A stretch of DNA of 59,440 bases, filler included. It is 4 parts of 4 records of this genome, joined end to end, with 100 filler letters (N's around TTAATTAATTAA, not from the genome) between each part and the next. Parts side by side here need not be neighbours in the genome. Positions count along the whole stretch, not along the records: positions 1 to 29,855 come from SRR20825019_21; 3 more parts are not named here. The stretch is one strand, 5' to 3'. Shown here one piece after another: positions 1 through 11,370 of this stretch (within the stretch, counting starts at the first letter, position 1; each line of letters begins with the position of its first letter). The notes under the pieces are model-generated. The model saw only the letters and a list, made by a program, of their open reading frames with translations, was not told where the DNA came from and did not search any database. Both the position numbers and the translations under genes were made by a program.

Positions 1-2
1 TT

Positions 3-491
3 TTCTGTTGCTTTACCGGATTGGCCTATGCGGATGTAAAAAAATTGACGCATGACGATTTTGTTGTAGGGATTGACGGAGACCTTTGGATCAACACAAA
101 ACGGACTAAAACTAAAACAAAAAGTAACATTCCTGTTTTACCTACTGCCTTGATGATCCTCGAAAAGTATGAGCACAGTCCCCTACTCGTGGATAAAAAA
201 GTATTGCCCGTATTGACCAATCAAAAAATGAATGCCTATTTAAAGGAAATAGCGGACCTTAGCGGAATCAACAAACACCTGACCACTCATTTGGCCAGAC
301 ATACTTTTGCGACTACTGTAACCCTCTCCAATGGCGTCTCAATTGAGTCTGTAAGCAAGATGCTGGGGCACAAATCACTCCGAACAACACAACATTACGC
401 CAAGATTTTGAACAGAAAAGTGAGTGAGGACATGCAACTATTAAAAAAGAAACTTAACTTTCAGCAAAAGGTCTTATCCAAAAATACCTAA
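3..491 (+). CDS. Site-specific tyrosine integrase, C-terminal part (5' end outside window)
   Basis: Frame open from base 3 (FCCFTGLAYADV). Tyrosine recombinase motifs HLARHTFAT, LGH and TQHY; FTGLAY-type box I typical of Bacteroidetes integrases. Confidence 0.93.
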   Translation, partial: FCCFTGLAYADVKKLTHDDFVVGIDGDLWINTKRTKTKTKSNIPVLPTALMILEKYEHSPLLVDKKVLPVLTNQKMNAYLKEIADLSGINKHLTTHLARHTFATTVTLSNGVSIESVSKMLGHKSLRTTQHYAKILNRKVSEDMQLLKKKLNFQQKVLSKNT

Positions 492-599
492 GCTTTTTGT
501 CCCATAATCTTACCCCTAACTTTTGCACGCGTTTTCTGTTTTTATATTATAGCGTTCAGGATATTTATTTTATATATTTTTTTCATAAAAGCTTTAAAA

Positions 600-643
600 A
601 CCTGTTTGTCAAGTAAGGGGTCGCGGGTTCGAGTCCCGTCCAC
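600..643 (+). mobile_element. Degenerate 3' portion of tRNA-Asp(GTC); probable att site
   Basis: ACCTGTTTGTCAAGTAAGGGGTCGCGGGTTCGAGTCCCGTCCAC has an intact T-arm (GCGGG-TTCGAGT-CCCGT, 623-639) and GTC at the anticodon position (608-610) in a damaged stem. There is no D-arm or acceptor 5' strand. It lies about 110 bp after the integrase stop. Confidence 0.75.
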
Positions 644-882
644 GGGCTTTAATTAGATAATGTAGTGGAAAGTTTCGTAAGAGAACCGATTAGTCACCCA
701 TGGTCCTACATGACCATTGCAAGGGCTAGCATAAATTTTGCTTTGGTTATGTGAAAAATTTATTGTTCAATTTTTCACTCAAAAAATTAGAGTTGGGACC
801 ATTTTCTCAATATACCCTCGCAATCCAATAAATCATTGTTATGACACACCTTTAATTAGAATCCGGGTTCATCCAAATGAGT

Positions 883-1638
883 TCAGCTGTTATTATCTGT
901 TGCAAGTTGCGTGGGGGTTTGGCCAAATTGTTTTTTAAATGCCACTGAAAAATGGGATAAACTTTCAAATCCTAGATCTAGGTAAATATCGTTTGGCTTT
1001 CTACGCTTTTTATCAATCAAAAAATAGGCTTCCGCCAAACGTTTTTTCACCAACCATCGACTTGGGGATTCCCCAAATATTTCCTTAAAATCCCTCTTGA
1101 AGGCTGATAGGCTCCTCCCTGTCAACGTTGCAAACTGGTCTATGTTCACATTGAACGTAAAGTTTTTGACCATAAACTTTTCCAAGTCTATTTTTCCAGG
1201 TTTTCGGAAATCAAACAAGACATCGGCCAGTTCAGGCTTTTCTTTCAATAGAATGATCAAAAGTTCTTCATATTTTATATCCTCAAATTCCGCTTCCAAT
1301 TCCATGGCTCCTTTGTAATACGGTTTAATGGAATCCATAAAACTGTTTATCAATGGTGAACTGGATATCCTTATAAATGCATCACGGAATGCATTCTGTT
1401 GTGCCTCAATCTGGTGTTTGTTTTTAAAGGCCTGTAAAAATGATTCACCAAAACAGAATATGACAGGCTCAAAAGACGTTTCACTTCCCACGAGTTCATA
1501 CTTTACCAATCTGTTTTTTTGAGCTATTCCATATTCACCGGCCCTAAAAATCGTTCTTTGATTCCCATCATACGTTTGGATGGCACCCCTGGCCACATAC
1601 ATGAGCACAGTGTCCGGAACAAACTGTTCCTTCAACAT
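883..1638 (-). CDS. AraC-family transcriptional regulator (ExsA-like subgroup)
   Basis: C-terminal double HTH (LTGRSLSAFKRDF ... LGFESLSHFSVAFKKQFG). The frame is open a little upstream, so the start is uncertain. Confidence 0.88.
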   Translation of the reverse strand: MLKEQFVPDTVLMYVARGAIQTYDGNQRTIFRAGEYGIAQKNRLVKYELVGSETSFEPVIFCFGESFLQAFKNKHQIEAQQNAFRDAFIRISSSPLINSFMDSIKPYYKGAMELEAEFEDIKYEELLIILLKEKPELADVLFDFRKPGKIDLEKFMVKNFTFNVNIDQFATLTGRSLSAFKRDFKEIFGESPSRWLVKKRLAEAYFLIDKKRRKPNDIYLDLGFESLSHFSVAFKKQFGQTPTQLATDNNS

Positions 1639-1689
1639 ATGGACTCTTGTATCTTCTGTAATCGCTCTCAGCTGTTGTTTTTTTAAATA

Positions 1690-2043
1690 CTAATTGAACT
1701 TCAAAGGATGTCCCAGGTAAATCAGTAGCAAGGGCATTAGGACAAATGGGATTTCAACCAACGCAAATTTATAATTCCCTGCCTTAAGGGACAAGGCCAT
1801 TAAAAATACCAAAAGTAAGGCCCTTATTGTGTTTCCGATGAAGAATGTCCTTGGCAATAGTATCAGCAGCACCGAACCAAAGGACAAAACACCGAACACA
1901 ATTCTCATTGTGTCGGTGATGCCCAAAGAATTCATCATGTCCAAATATTGTTCAGAGGGCTTTTGAAACACCCTTAAACCATGGCTTATCCCGATATAGA
2001 CAGTGATAAGCAATACGATTCCGCTAATGATCCTAGTGGTCAT
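1690..2043 (-). CDS. DoxX-like small membrane protein
   Basis: 117 aa, about 4 hydrophobic segments; paralog of 9766-10116 (shared RTFF..GN and AGNYK.AL.EIPF..MPLLLI.L..P). Confidence 0.7.
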   Translation of the reverse strand: MTTRIISGIVLLITVYIGISHGLRVFQKPSEQYLDMMNSLGITDTMRIVFGVLSFGSVLLILLPRTFFIGNTIRALLLVFLMALSLKAGNYKFALVEIPFVLMPLLLIYLGHPLKFN

Positions 2044-2047
2044 ATGT

Positions 2048-3091
2048 TCACCCTTTTATTAAGTTATATTTTTTCATTGAATCCACTGCAGCCAAAATGG
2101 TCTCTTCCTGAGTGGCCATAGGGGTCCATTTTAATATGCTCTTTGCCTTTTGATTGCTTACATTCCGGTTGATTTTGGCCAGCAAGGCACTTTCCCTGGC
2201 TTTGGCATTGAACAGTGAAGCTATGGTAAGAACAAGGCTGGGAAGTGTTCTGGACGAAACATTAAGGGACACTTCAGGTCTTTCCTTTTTCAACAATTCG
2301 GCGATTTGGGGCAATGAGATCTGTCCATCAGCAGAGGCTATAAAACGATTACCATTGGCCTCGACGGTCTCCATGGCACAAATATGCAATTTGGCAACAT
2401 CCCTGACATCAACGATATTCAATGGAATGTTTGGAATTGCCTTTAAGGAACCGTCCAATAGAGCCTCAAGCAAGTGAAAACTTCCGGAAACATGGGAATT
2501 CAAGCTAGGTCCCAAGATGGCAACTGGGTTGATGGTGGCAAATTCAAGGTTTCCCCCTTCTTTTTTGATAAACGCCCACGCTGCCTTTTCTGCCATGGTC
2601 TTTGATTTTTCGTACACGGAAATCGCCCTATGCTCCGTGTTTGTCCAATCTTCCTCGGTGGTGGGTCTGGTCCTATCGGTCTGGGTAAATCCAACCGCTC
2701 CAAAATTTGAGGTCATTATAACCCTTTTGACCCCCTCCTTTTTGGCCAATTCCAAAATACGTAATATCCCATCCCTTGCGAGGCCCATGGCTTCTTCTTC
2801 ATTTTTTGGCCTGTCGAAAAATACCGGAGCGGCCACGCTCATGATATACGTACAGCCTTTAATTGCTTTTTCCCAGTTCTTGTCATTGGTTAGATCCGCC
2901 TCATAAAAGGACAATCCTTCAAGATTCGTGATGTCATTGTCCTTTAAGGTTTGTAGTATCCCATCAATACTTGCTTTATCTCTTATAGTTGTTCTGACGG
3001 AATAGTCTTTCTGTAACAATTGGAACAGGATGTGCATCCCTACAAATCCGGTTCCACCTGTTACCAACACTGTTTCTTTGCGGTTCATCAT
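2048..3091 (-). CDS. NAD-dependent epimerase/dehydratase (aldehyde reductase-like extended SDR)
   Basis: TGGTGFVG Rossmann motif, YEKSK catalytic motif, VDVRDVA. Confidence 0.9.
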   Translation of the reverse strand: MMNRKETVLVTGGTGFVGMHILFQLLQKDYSVRTTIRDKASIDGILQTLKDNDITNLEGLSFYEADLTNDKNWEKAIKGCTYIMSVAAPVFFDRPKNEEEAMGLARDGILRILELAKKEGVKRVIMTSNFGAVGFTQTDRTRPTTEEDWTNTEHRAISVYEKSKTMAEKAAWAFIKKEGGNLEFATINPVAILGPSLNSHVSGSFHLLEALLDGSLKAIPNIPLNIVDVRDVAKLHICAMETVEANGNRFIASADGQISLPQIAELLKKERPEVSLNVSSRTLPSLVLTIASLFNAKARESALLAKINRNVSNQKAKSILKWTPMATQEETILAAVDSMKKYNLIKG

Positions 3092-3108
3092 TTAGTTTTC
3101 ATCTCCTG

Positions 3109-3178
3109 CAAATCTCAATATACTTTGACAGTTTTAGTTTATTGAAAAGCCCAAACACACTTTATTGAAAAGTCCAAA
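3109..3178 (-). promoter_or_regulatory. Promoter of the 3091-883 operon with an 18-bp direct repeat (likely AraC sites)
   Basis: TTTATTGAAAAGCCCAAA (3138-3155) and TTTATTGAAAAGTCCAAA (3161-3178), 17/18 identical, 23-bp period. Minus-strand TTTG (-7-like) at 3109-3112. Confidence 0.6.
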
Positions 3179-3705
3179 AAATAAGTTCACAAGTCCCTTT
3201 GGGTATGATAAGACTAAAAAAGCTTCAGAACTCTTGACGGTCTTTATCAAGAAGTGATCATACTGAAAAACTTTTTGTTGCCTATGACATTCAGAAGGAG
3301 ATGGCTCAAATCAATATTTTAGAACCTGTTCGTGACAGATCCAAGCTTTCACAATACAGATCATTTTTCAAGGAATGAATCCACACCCATAAGCAAAGTG
3401 GTGATATCCCCTATGTGATAATCCTGCAATACTGTGATTTATGACTACAACAAAAGGCGTTCTAGATACGTCGGTCCATCCAATTAAACTGAATTTTGGG
3501 GTGTCATTACTCATCAAAATGATAGCATTTGGAAATGCCTCTGGTATCTACTAAAGCACAATGTGTAAGTGGGCTTGGACAGATAAGAAATACATCCTAA
3601 AAGTAGTGGACAGTAAAGAAGAAAGAAGCATTCAATCAACCATTCGGGTGAATCACATCCGTCTATTTGTTGAAGAGTTATTGGTAACAATTAAATAAGA
3701 ATAAA

Positions 3706-3912
3706 ATGGAAAAAAACATCAAAATTGACAAACTTTCTGTGGTTCAGACCCTACTATCAAACGCAATTCCACCCATTGGGTTCTTTTTGTATTTCAGGTA
3801 CAGAAATGCCTTTCCCAACAAGGCCAAAAAGGCACTGATCAACGCTGCCGTAGGGATTCCAATCGCCATGATCATGGGATATATCTTCAATAATTACATC
3901 TTGACCTCATAA
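3706..3912 (+). CDS. Small hypothetical membrane protein
   Basis: 68 aa, two hydrophobic segments, A-rich sequence before the ATG. Confidence 0.55.
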   Translation: MEKNIKIDKLSVVQTLLSNAIPPIGFFLYFRYRNAFPNKAKKALINAAVGIPIAMIMGYIFNNYILTS

Positions 3913-4031
3913 CGTATTTGCCAGTACTTCAAAAACACACCTGAATAAAAAGTACAGTTCAAGTCGACCTAGGGGTTTCATTGAAATTACAACGAACTAC
4001 AGTAACAGTTTAGAATTAAAAGCATCGAAGA

Positions 4032-4973
4032 ATGAAAAACAAAATCAAAAATTGGACTGCATCCGATATTCCCAAAAGTAGCGGGGGGTTGGCAGTGGTA
4101 ACGGGTGGAACCGAGGGTATCGGCTTTCAAGATGTCCTTGCACTGGCATCGGCCGGGTGGGAAGTCATCATGACAGGGCGTGACCCCAAAAAAGGTATGG
4201 GGTCCATTGTACAGGTCCACAAATCATATCAAAAGGCCAAGGTGAGTTTCGAGAAAATCGATCTTGCCAACCTTTCCTCGGTCAAGGCCTTTGGGGAGAG
4301 AATGAAGGAAAAAGGCAGATCCATTGATCTTCTTATCAACAATGCCGGTATCATGACCCCACCCAAACGGCTTGAAACCGCCGATGGTCTGGAACTACAG
4401 TTTGGCACGAACCATATTGGGCACTTTGCATTGACAGCCCATCTTGTGCCACTTTTAACCATGGGAAACAATCCCCGCGTGGTCACCGTTTCGAGTATCG
4501 GAAACCGCGATGGCAGGATCAATTTCGACGATCTCCAGTCAACATCTTCCTATAAGCCCATGGAAGCCTATGCACAATCCAAACTGGCCAATCTCATGTT
4601 TGCCTTTGAGCTTCAACGTCAAAGTTACAAGCATGATTGGGGCATCATGAGCTTATCAGCCCACCCCGGTGTTTCCCGCACCAATCTTTTGATCACCGGT
4701 GCGGGTAGATGGAGTTCTTCGGGGATAATGAGGACATTTCTTCCTTTTATGTTCCAACCACCCGCCATGGGGGCCTTGCCGACATTGTTTGCCGCTACCT
4801 CCCCTGAGGCGGAACCAGGAGCCTATTATGGCCCAAATAAATTGAGTGAGACCCGAGGATTTCCCACTCCGGCAAAAATACCGGTACAGGCCGAGGATAA
4901 AATGGTTGCCAAAAAATTATGGGACATATCCCTTGAGTTGGCCAATGTTACCTATGACCATAAAAAGTATTAA
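4032..4973 (+). CDS. SDR oxidoreductase (retinol dehydrogenase-like)
   Basis: TGGTEGIG, NNAG, YAQSK and HPG motifs. Confidence 0.92.
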   Translation: MKNKIKNWTASDIPKSSGGLAVVTGGTEGIGFQDVLALASAGWEVIMTGRDPKKGMGSIVQVHKSYQKAKVSFEKIDLANLSSVKAFGERMKEKGRSIDLLINNAGIMTPPKRLETADGLELQFGTNHIGHFALTAHLVPLLTMGNNPRVVTVSSIGNRDGRINFDDLQSTSSYKPMEAYAQSKLANLMFAFELQRQSYKHDWGIMSLSAHPGVSRTNLLITGAGRWSSSGIMRTFLPFMFQPPAMGALPTLFAATSPEAEPGAYYGPNKLSETRGFPTPAKIPVQAEDKMVAKKLWDISLELANVTYDHKKY

Positions 4974-5114
4974 TTTTAAATACGTGATATATGGTCTGAT
5001 CGATTGGTTTGGCACTATGGCCGGGCAGCACCAAATTTGTCCTGGCCGGGTTTCCCTTTTATGATCATGCCTTAATAATCCATCGACATATCCTTTTACC
5101 CAAAATTCAAATGG

Positions 5115-6023
5115 ATGAACACGCTACGAATTAAATCAATAACCGAACTGCACCGGATGATAGGTTTGGCCCCACCAGAGCATCCCCTAATCAGTGTAAT
5201 GAACTATGCGGATGTACAAATGCCCGAGGGCTTCACTGAAATGAGGGCCATATTGGATTTTTATTACATCACCTTGAAAAGGGGATTCAAGAATAAACTA
5301 CAATATGGACAACAGACCTATGATTTCGATGAGGGACTCATGGGCTTCATGGCCCCAAACCAATTGATATCGGGTGGTGGACCATCCCCTGAGGATGACC
5401 TTAAGGGATGGATCATGCTCATCCATCCCGATTTTATATGGAATACAACGTTGGCCAAAAAGATCAAGACATATGAATTCTTTGGATATGCCGTACATGA
5501 AGCACTCTTTTTATCCGACAAGGAAGAAACCATTGTCAATGGCATCGTCGCTGCCATCAAGAATGAATATCATTCCACCATTGATAAATTCAGCAAGCAA
5601 ATTATAATAAGCCATGTTGAAAATTTGCTGAGCTATGTAGAGCGATTTTACAATAGACAATATATCACAAGGGAAAAGTCCAATCATCAAATTTTGGAAA
5701 AATTGGACATGCTTTTGTCCACCTACTTCGATGATGGGGACTTGGTTTCAAGAGGGTTGCCGACCGTACAGTATATCTCGGAAGGGCTGCATATCTCCCA
5801 GAACTATCTTCGCGGATTGTTAAAAATGTATACCGGTAAAAATACACAGCAGCACATCCATGACATGTTGGTCGATAGGGCAAAGGAAAAATTATCGACT
5901 ACCGAACAGTCCGTCAGCGAGATTGCCTATGACCTTGGGTTTGAGCATCCACAGAGTTTCAGTAAACTGTTCAAAAAGAAAACGAGTATGAGCCCTTCCG
6001 AGTTTCGGATTTTATACAATTAG
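5115..6023 (+). CDS. AraC-family transcriptional regulator
   Basis: YGQQTYDFDEG N-terminal motif; C-terminal HTH EIAYDLGFEHPQSFSKLFK. Confidence 0.92.
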   Translation: MNTLRIKSITELHRMIGLAPPEHPLISVMNYADVQMPEGFTEMRAILDFYYITLKRGFKNKLQYGQQTYDFDEGLMGFMAPNQLISGGGPSPEDDLKGWIMLIHPDFIWNTTLAKKIKTYEFFGYAVHEALFLSDKEETIVNGIVAAIKNEYHSTIDKFSKQIIISHVENLLSYVERFYNRQYITREKSNHQILEKLDMLLSTYFDDGDLVSRGLPTVQYISEGLHISQNYLRGLLKMYTGKNTQQHIHDMLVDRAKEKLSTTEQSVSEIAYDLGFEHPQSFSKLFKKKTSMSPSEFRILYN

Positions 6024-6053
6024 ACAAAATCCCTTGGCCCCCATTTCGTTACT

Positions 6054-6376
6054 TTAAAATTCCAGAACCCAATCTTTTAAGGAGTCCAGGATAGGCAGCA
6101 TTGCCTTTCCTTGATCTGTAAGCTGATATTCCACCCGTGGTGGTATTTCCTTATAGGCCGTTCTCAAAATAATGCCATCTTCCTCCAATTCCCTTAACTG
6201 TTCGGTCAATACCTTTCGGGTAACATCGGGAATGATTGCATCCAATTGACCAAAACGAATGGTCCGGTCACGGATTACATTGAAGATAATGGGCTTCCAC
6301 TTATTCCCGACCTTCCCAATGGCCCTTGTGAGAGGGCAATGGGAATTACAAAATTTTTAATCCCTATGGATTTCAT
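6054..6376 (-). pseudogene. HxlR-family winged-helix regulator with an apparent 1-bp frameshift or lost start near the 5' end
   Basis: The HxlR frame reads FCNSHCPLTRAIGKVGNKWKPII...RFGQL...PPRVEYQLT but has TAA just upstream. The nearest ATG (6376) is in another frame across an A5T4 run (6350-6358). Confidence 0.65.
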
Positions 6377-6487
6377 GGCAACTTTAGACATTCCATTCAC
6401 TACAGGCCGCTCCATTGGAGCTGGCCTGTAGTAGAGATGGGATGATTGGTATCAAAGCTTCACTGAAGCTACCATTGCAATCAAAGA

Positions 6488-8108
<1,621 letters not shown>

Positions 8109-8139
8109 ACCTCTAAATTACCCCATATATCCCCATATA

Positions 8140-8157
8140 TTTTGCCTTTTGGCAAAA
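8140..8157. promoter_or_regulatory. Perfect palindrome upstream of the Crp gene (candidate autoregulatory box)
   Basis: TTTTGCC-TTTT-GGCAAAA, about 32 bp before the ATG at 8108. Confidence 0.55.
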
Positions 8158-8245
8158 ACAACCGTCAATCATTGATTATCTGGAATCTCTATAGGGACCA
8201 TTTGCCTTTCGGAACGGACGAATTACCTTCATGTCTGAAATACTA

Positions 8246-8737
8246 TCAATCCTCAATTTTCCGCCATTCGATGACAACGACACCACCATTGTCCAAGGGT
8301 AAGTTTTCCACCAAAAGATTTCCTTTTCTTTCCAGGGATAGTTGGCCATTGTCCCGATCCAAACCGTTCCAGTTGGGGAACGTGGAGCCAATGACATGCT
8401 GGCTTTCAAAATCACCATTTCCATCGACCGTATAGGTGCCATATAGGGCCAAAGACCCTGTCACTGCGGCCCGCAATTCCTCACAGTTGCCCTGACTTCG
8501 ATCCTCGGTATGGAATGCTGGTACATCCATATCGTTCAATATCACATTGAAACGCATGTTTTCCGTAAGGATCAAAGAGCCACTTGGGTTTTTTCCAAAA
8601 AGGGCCAAGGTGTCATTTTCCATGTGCAGGTTGCCCGAGACCAGTTCCCAAGTCCCCTGTATCCTGTTATTGTCGTTAGTTGTACAGGCACTTAAGGCCA
8701 TGATCGCCAACATCCCATATATGTTCATTCGTTTCAT
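8246..8737 (-). CDS. Lipocalin-like domain lipoprotein
   Basis: Lipobox LSAC, GTWELVS lipocalin motif, YGTYTVD and STFPNW. Start at MKRMN (8737). Confidence 0.8.
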   Translation of the reverse strand: MKRMNIYGMLAIMALSACTTNDNNRIQGTWELVSGNLHMENDTLALFGKNPSGSLILTENMRFNVILNDMDVPAFHTEDRSQGNCEELRAAVTGSLALYGTYTVDGNGDFESQHVIGSTFPNWNGLDRDNGQLSLERKGNLLVENLPLDNGGVVVIEWRKIED

Positions 8738-8853
8738 AGATTCATTTTTTTCTAATTGTCCAAAGCTGGTTTTCAAAATTGCCACCAAATAATCCAATCA
8801 ATAAAAGTTGGCGTCGATTATGGAGCGGTAATTGGATAAAGCTTTGGGTACGT

Positions 8854-9756
8854 TTAATTAAAGCTGGCCCTGAACTCCAAAGGGCTTTGCCTGGTCTTTG
8901 TCTTGAACAACTTGCTAAAGCTCTGCGGATGCTCAAACCCCAGTTCGTAGGCAATCTCACCCACGGACAGTTCGGTGGTGGACAATTTCTCCTTGGCCTT
9001 CTCTATCAATTTTTGATGGATATGCTGTTGGGTGGTCAGTCCGGTCAATTGCTTGGACATACTGCTCAGGTATTTGGTCGAGACATTCAGTTTGTCGGCC
9101 ACATATTGCACAGTGGGCAAGCCTTCAAATAGATTTTCATTGTTGAAGTACTCCGTTAAAATTTCCTCCATCTGTGTCAGTACCTTGGTATTGGTCACTT
9201 TCCGGGTGATGAACTGTCGTTGGTAATAGCGGTCTGAATAGTTCAATAGGGTCTCTATATGTGAGACAATGATATCTTGGCTGAACTTGTCGATATTGGT
9301 ATCGCATTCCTGCCTGATATTTTCAATGATCCCATTGATGGTCGCCTCTTCCTTTTCAGAAAGGAACAGGGCCTCGTTCACCGCATACCCGAAGAATTCG
9401 TATTTCTTTATCTTTTTGGCCAAGGAGGTGCCCCAAAAAAAATCCGGGTGTACCAACATCACCCAACCTTTTGGCGCATACCCGGGTTCATGTTCCTGCC
9501 CTCTCAAGACTTGGTTCGGTCCAATAAAGGCCATTACCCCTTCGTCAAAATCATACTTTTGCTGTCCATAGCTCAAGTTGTCACAATTTCTTTTGAGGGA
9601 AATCATGTAAAAATCCAGTACTGCACTAATGTCCGCTGCTCCTCTGACGGCCGCGACTTCCGTAATGCTGATAAGTGGATGTGAAGGCGGTGCCATGCCC
9701 CTCATCTTATGGGCCATGGAGATGGAATCGATTCTTATGGGAAGTCTGTTCATCAT
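8854..9756 (-). CDS. AraC-family transcriptional regulator
   Basis: YGQQKYDFDEG and EIAYELGFEHPQSFSKLFK. Confidence 0.92.
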   Translation of the reverse strand: MMNRLPIRIDSISMAHKMRGMAPPSHPLISITEVAAVRGAADISAVLDFYMISLKRNCDNLSYGQQKYDFDEGVMAFIGPNQVLRGQEHEPGYAPKGWVMLVHPDFFWGTSLAKKIKKYEFFGYAVNEALFLSEKEEATINGIIENIRQECDTNIDKFSQDIIVSHIETLLNYSDRYYQRQFITRKVTNTKVLTQMEEILTEYFNNENLFEGLPTVQYVADKLNVSTKYLSSMSKQLTGLTTQQHIHQKLIEKAKEKLSTTELSVGEIAYELGFEHPQSFSKLFKTKTRQSPLEFRASFN

Positions 9757-9765
9757 TTTTGGTAT

Positions 9766-10116
9766 TTATGGTTTAAATGGATATTTGAGAAAGATCAATA
9801 ACAAGGGCATGGCCAAAAATGGAATTTCGATCAAGGCCATTTTATAATTTCCCGCCCTCAGGGACAATGCCATGATGATCAAAATGACCATGGCATTGAG
9901 CATATTGCCCAAAAAAAAGGTCCTGTGCCAGATCAGCATCAACCCGATGAGTATTGAGAATATCCCAAAATAAGGCATTGCTGCTTTGGCGATGCCCAAT
10001 TCGGCCATCATTTTTGATTGTTCCTGACTGGGTGCTTGAAAAGCATCCCATCCGTGCTTGAGGGATAAAAAAACCGATATTCCAAAAAGCACCATTGCTA
10101 TTACATTCTTGATCAT
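9766..10116 (-). CDS. DoxX-like small membrane protein
   Basis: 116 aa, hydrophobic, paralog of 1690-2043. Confidence 0.7.
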   Translation of the reverse strand: MIKNVIAMVLFGISVFLSLKHGWDAFQAPSQEQSKMMAELGIAKAAMPYFGIFSILIGLMLIWHRTFFLGNMLNAMVILIIMALSLRAGNYKMALIEIPFLAMPLLLIFLKYPFKP

Positions 10117-10182
10117 TCGTTGTATAATTTAGTTATCGTTTTAAAAAAATAAATCGGGACGGATAACCGTCCTTGTTCTCTT

Positions 10183-11271
10183 TTACCTTAGGGAAAGTGC
10201 TTCCCCAACTTTTACAATTTTCAATTCCCCCTGTACTTTATTGTCCCTGGCCAAGGACTTCAGTATGGCCTCGGGCTCGGAAAGTGGTTCATCGGACATA
10301 TCAAAGGTTCCGTAATGAAAAGGCACCATCATTTTGGCCTTGGTATCATTAAATGCCCTTACGGCATGCTCCGGATCTTGGTGGTTGGGTGACATGAACC
10401 AACGGGGAGCATAGGCCCCTACACCGATAAGGGCCACATCTATATTTGGGAAAAGTTCCCCTATTTCCCTGAAATGGCTCCCGTATCCGGAATCCCCTCC
10501 AAAGTATATGGTCCTTTCACCACTCTTTAACACAAAAGCACCCCACAGGTAGGCATTTTCATCCCCAATCCTGCGGTTTGACCAATGTCTAGAGGGCAAA
10601 AAGTAAATTTGCAGGCTGTCATCCAAGTTATATTCCTGATACCAACCTGCTTCCTGTATCTCGCTTGTTTTCACCCAATCCTTCAACAGGGTGGACATGT
10701 TCAACCCGGTTAAAAACTTGGCATTCGGGTTCTGCCGATGAAGGGTCACCAAACTGGCCTTGTCACAATGGTCATAATGCGCATGCGAAACCAGTACATA
10801 ATCGATATCCACCAGTTTATCCGTGGCTATCGGAAATTCGGTGTACCGCTTTTTCAGCGGAACCGAACCCATAATCGGATCTATCAAAACTTTCCTTCCC
10901 CCCACTCGAATGAAAAAGGAGGCATGCCCCAACAATACGATCACATCTTCCTTGGAACGCAAAAACGAATCATCTTTCACCACTTGCATCCGCCATTTGT
11001 CCTCTTTCTTAATTTTCCGTTTCGGGTTCCTTTGCAGCATCCATTTCAGTGCATCCCCGAATGAATTCTTCATAGGGAATTCATGGTTCACAAAGCGGCC
11101 ATTTTCATCGATCGGATTTCCCTCCCAAGACGTGAGTATGGTCTTCAATTCTGGATTTTTAATCATAGGTGCCCTATTTTTTGTTTTGACTATGGAACCC
11201 GTGGCCCATTTACCCAATACCATTGACAAAGCTAAGATTCCCGTGGATTTCAAAAACGTCCTTCTCTCCAT
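10183..11271 (-). CDS. MBL-fold metallo-hydrolase (NAPE-PLD/RomA-like) with Tat-like signal
   Basis: SHAHYDH, HWSNR, GDSGY and HYGTF motifs. N-terminus MERRTFLK plus a hydrophobic stretch. Confidence 0.87.
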   Translation of the reverse strand: MERRTFLKSTGILALSMVLGKWATGSIVKTKNRAPMIKNPELKTILTSWEGNPIDENGRFVNHEFPMKNSFGDALKWMLQRNPKRKIKKEDKWRMQVVKDDSFLRSKEDVIVLLGHASFFIRVGGRKVLIDPIMGSVPLKKRYTEFPIATDKLVDIDYVLVSHAHYDHCDKASLVTLHRQNPNAKFLTGLNMSTLLKDWVKTSEIQEAGWYQEYNLDDSLQIYFLPSRHWSNRRIGDENAYLWGAFVLKSGERTIYFGGDSGYGSHFREIGELFPNIDVALIGVGAYAPRWFMSPNHQDPEHAVRAFNDTKAKMMVPFHYGTFDMSDEPLSEPEAILKSLARDNKVQGELKIVKVGEALSLR

Positions 11272-11370
11272 AATATGGGTATGGCATTTAGGTCCGATTA
11301 ATTTCAAAAATGATTGGATCCAGGTCCATAAATTTGTTGTTATGGCAATGCACTGATAGCCTCCCTGCGT

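Noticed and set aside
600-643. Functional tRNA gene
   Set aside because: No D-arm or acceptor stem, and the anticodon stem is mismatched; kept only as a remnant.
3970-4030. Sixth copy of the AraC-type promoter before the 4032 SDR
   Set aside because: Two weak half-sites end at 3980 and 4001, but there is no TTTG 28 bp downstream.
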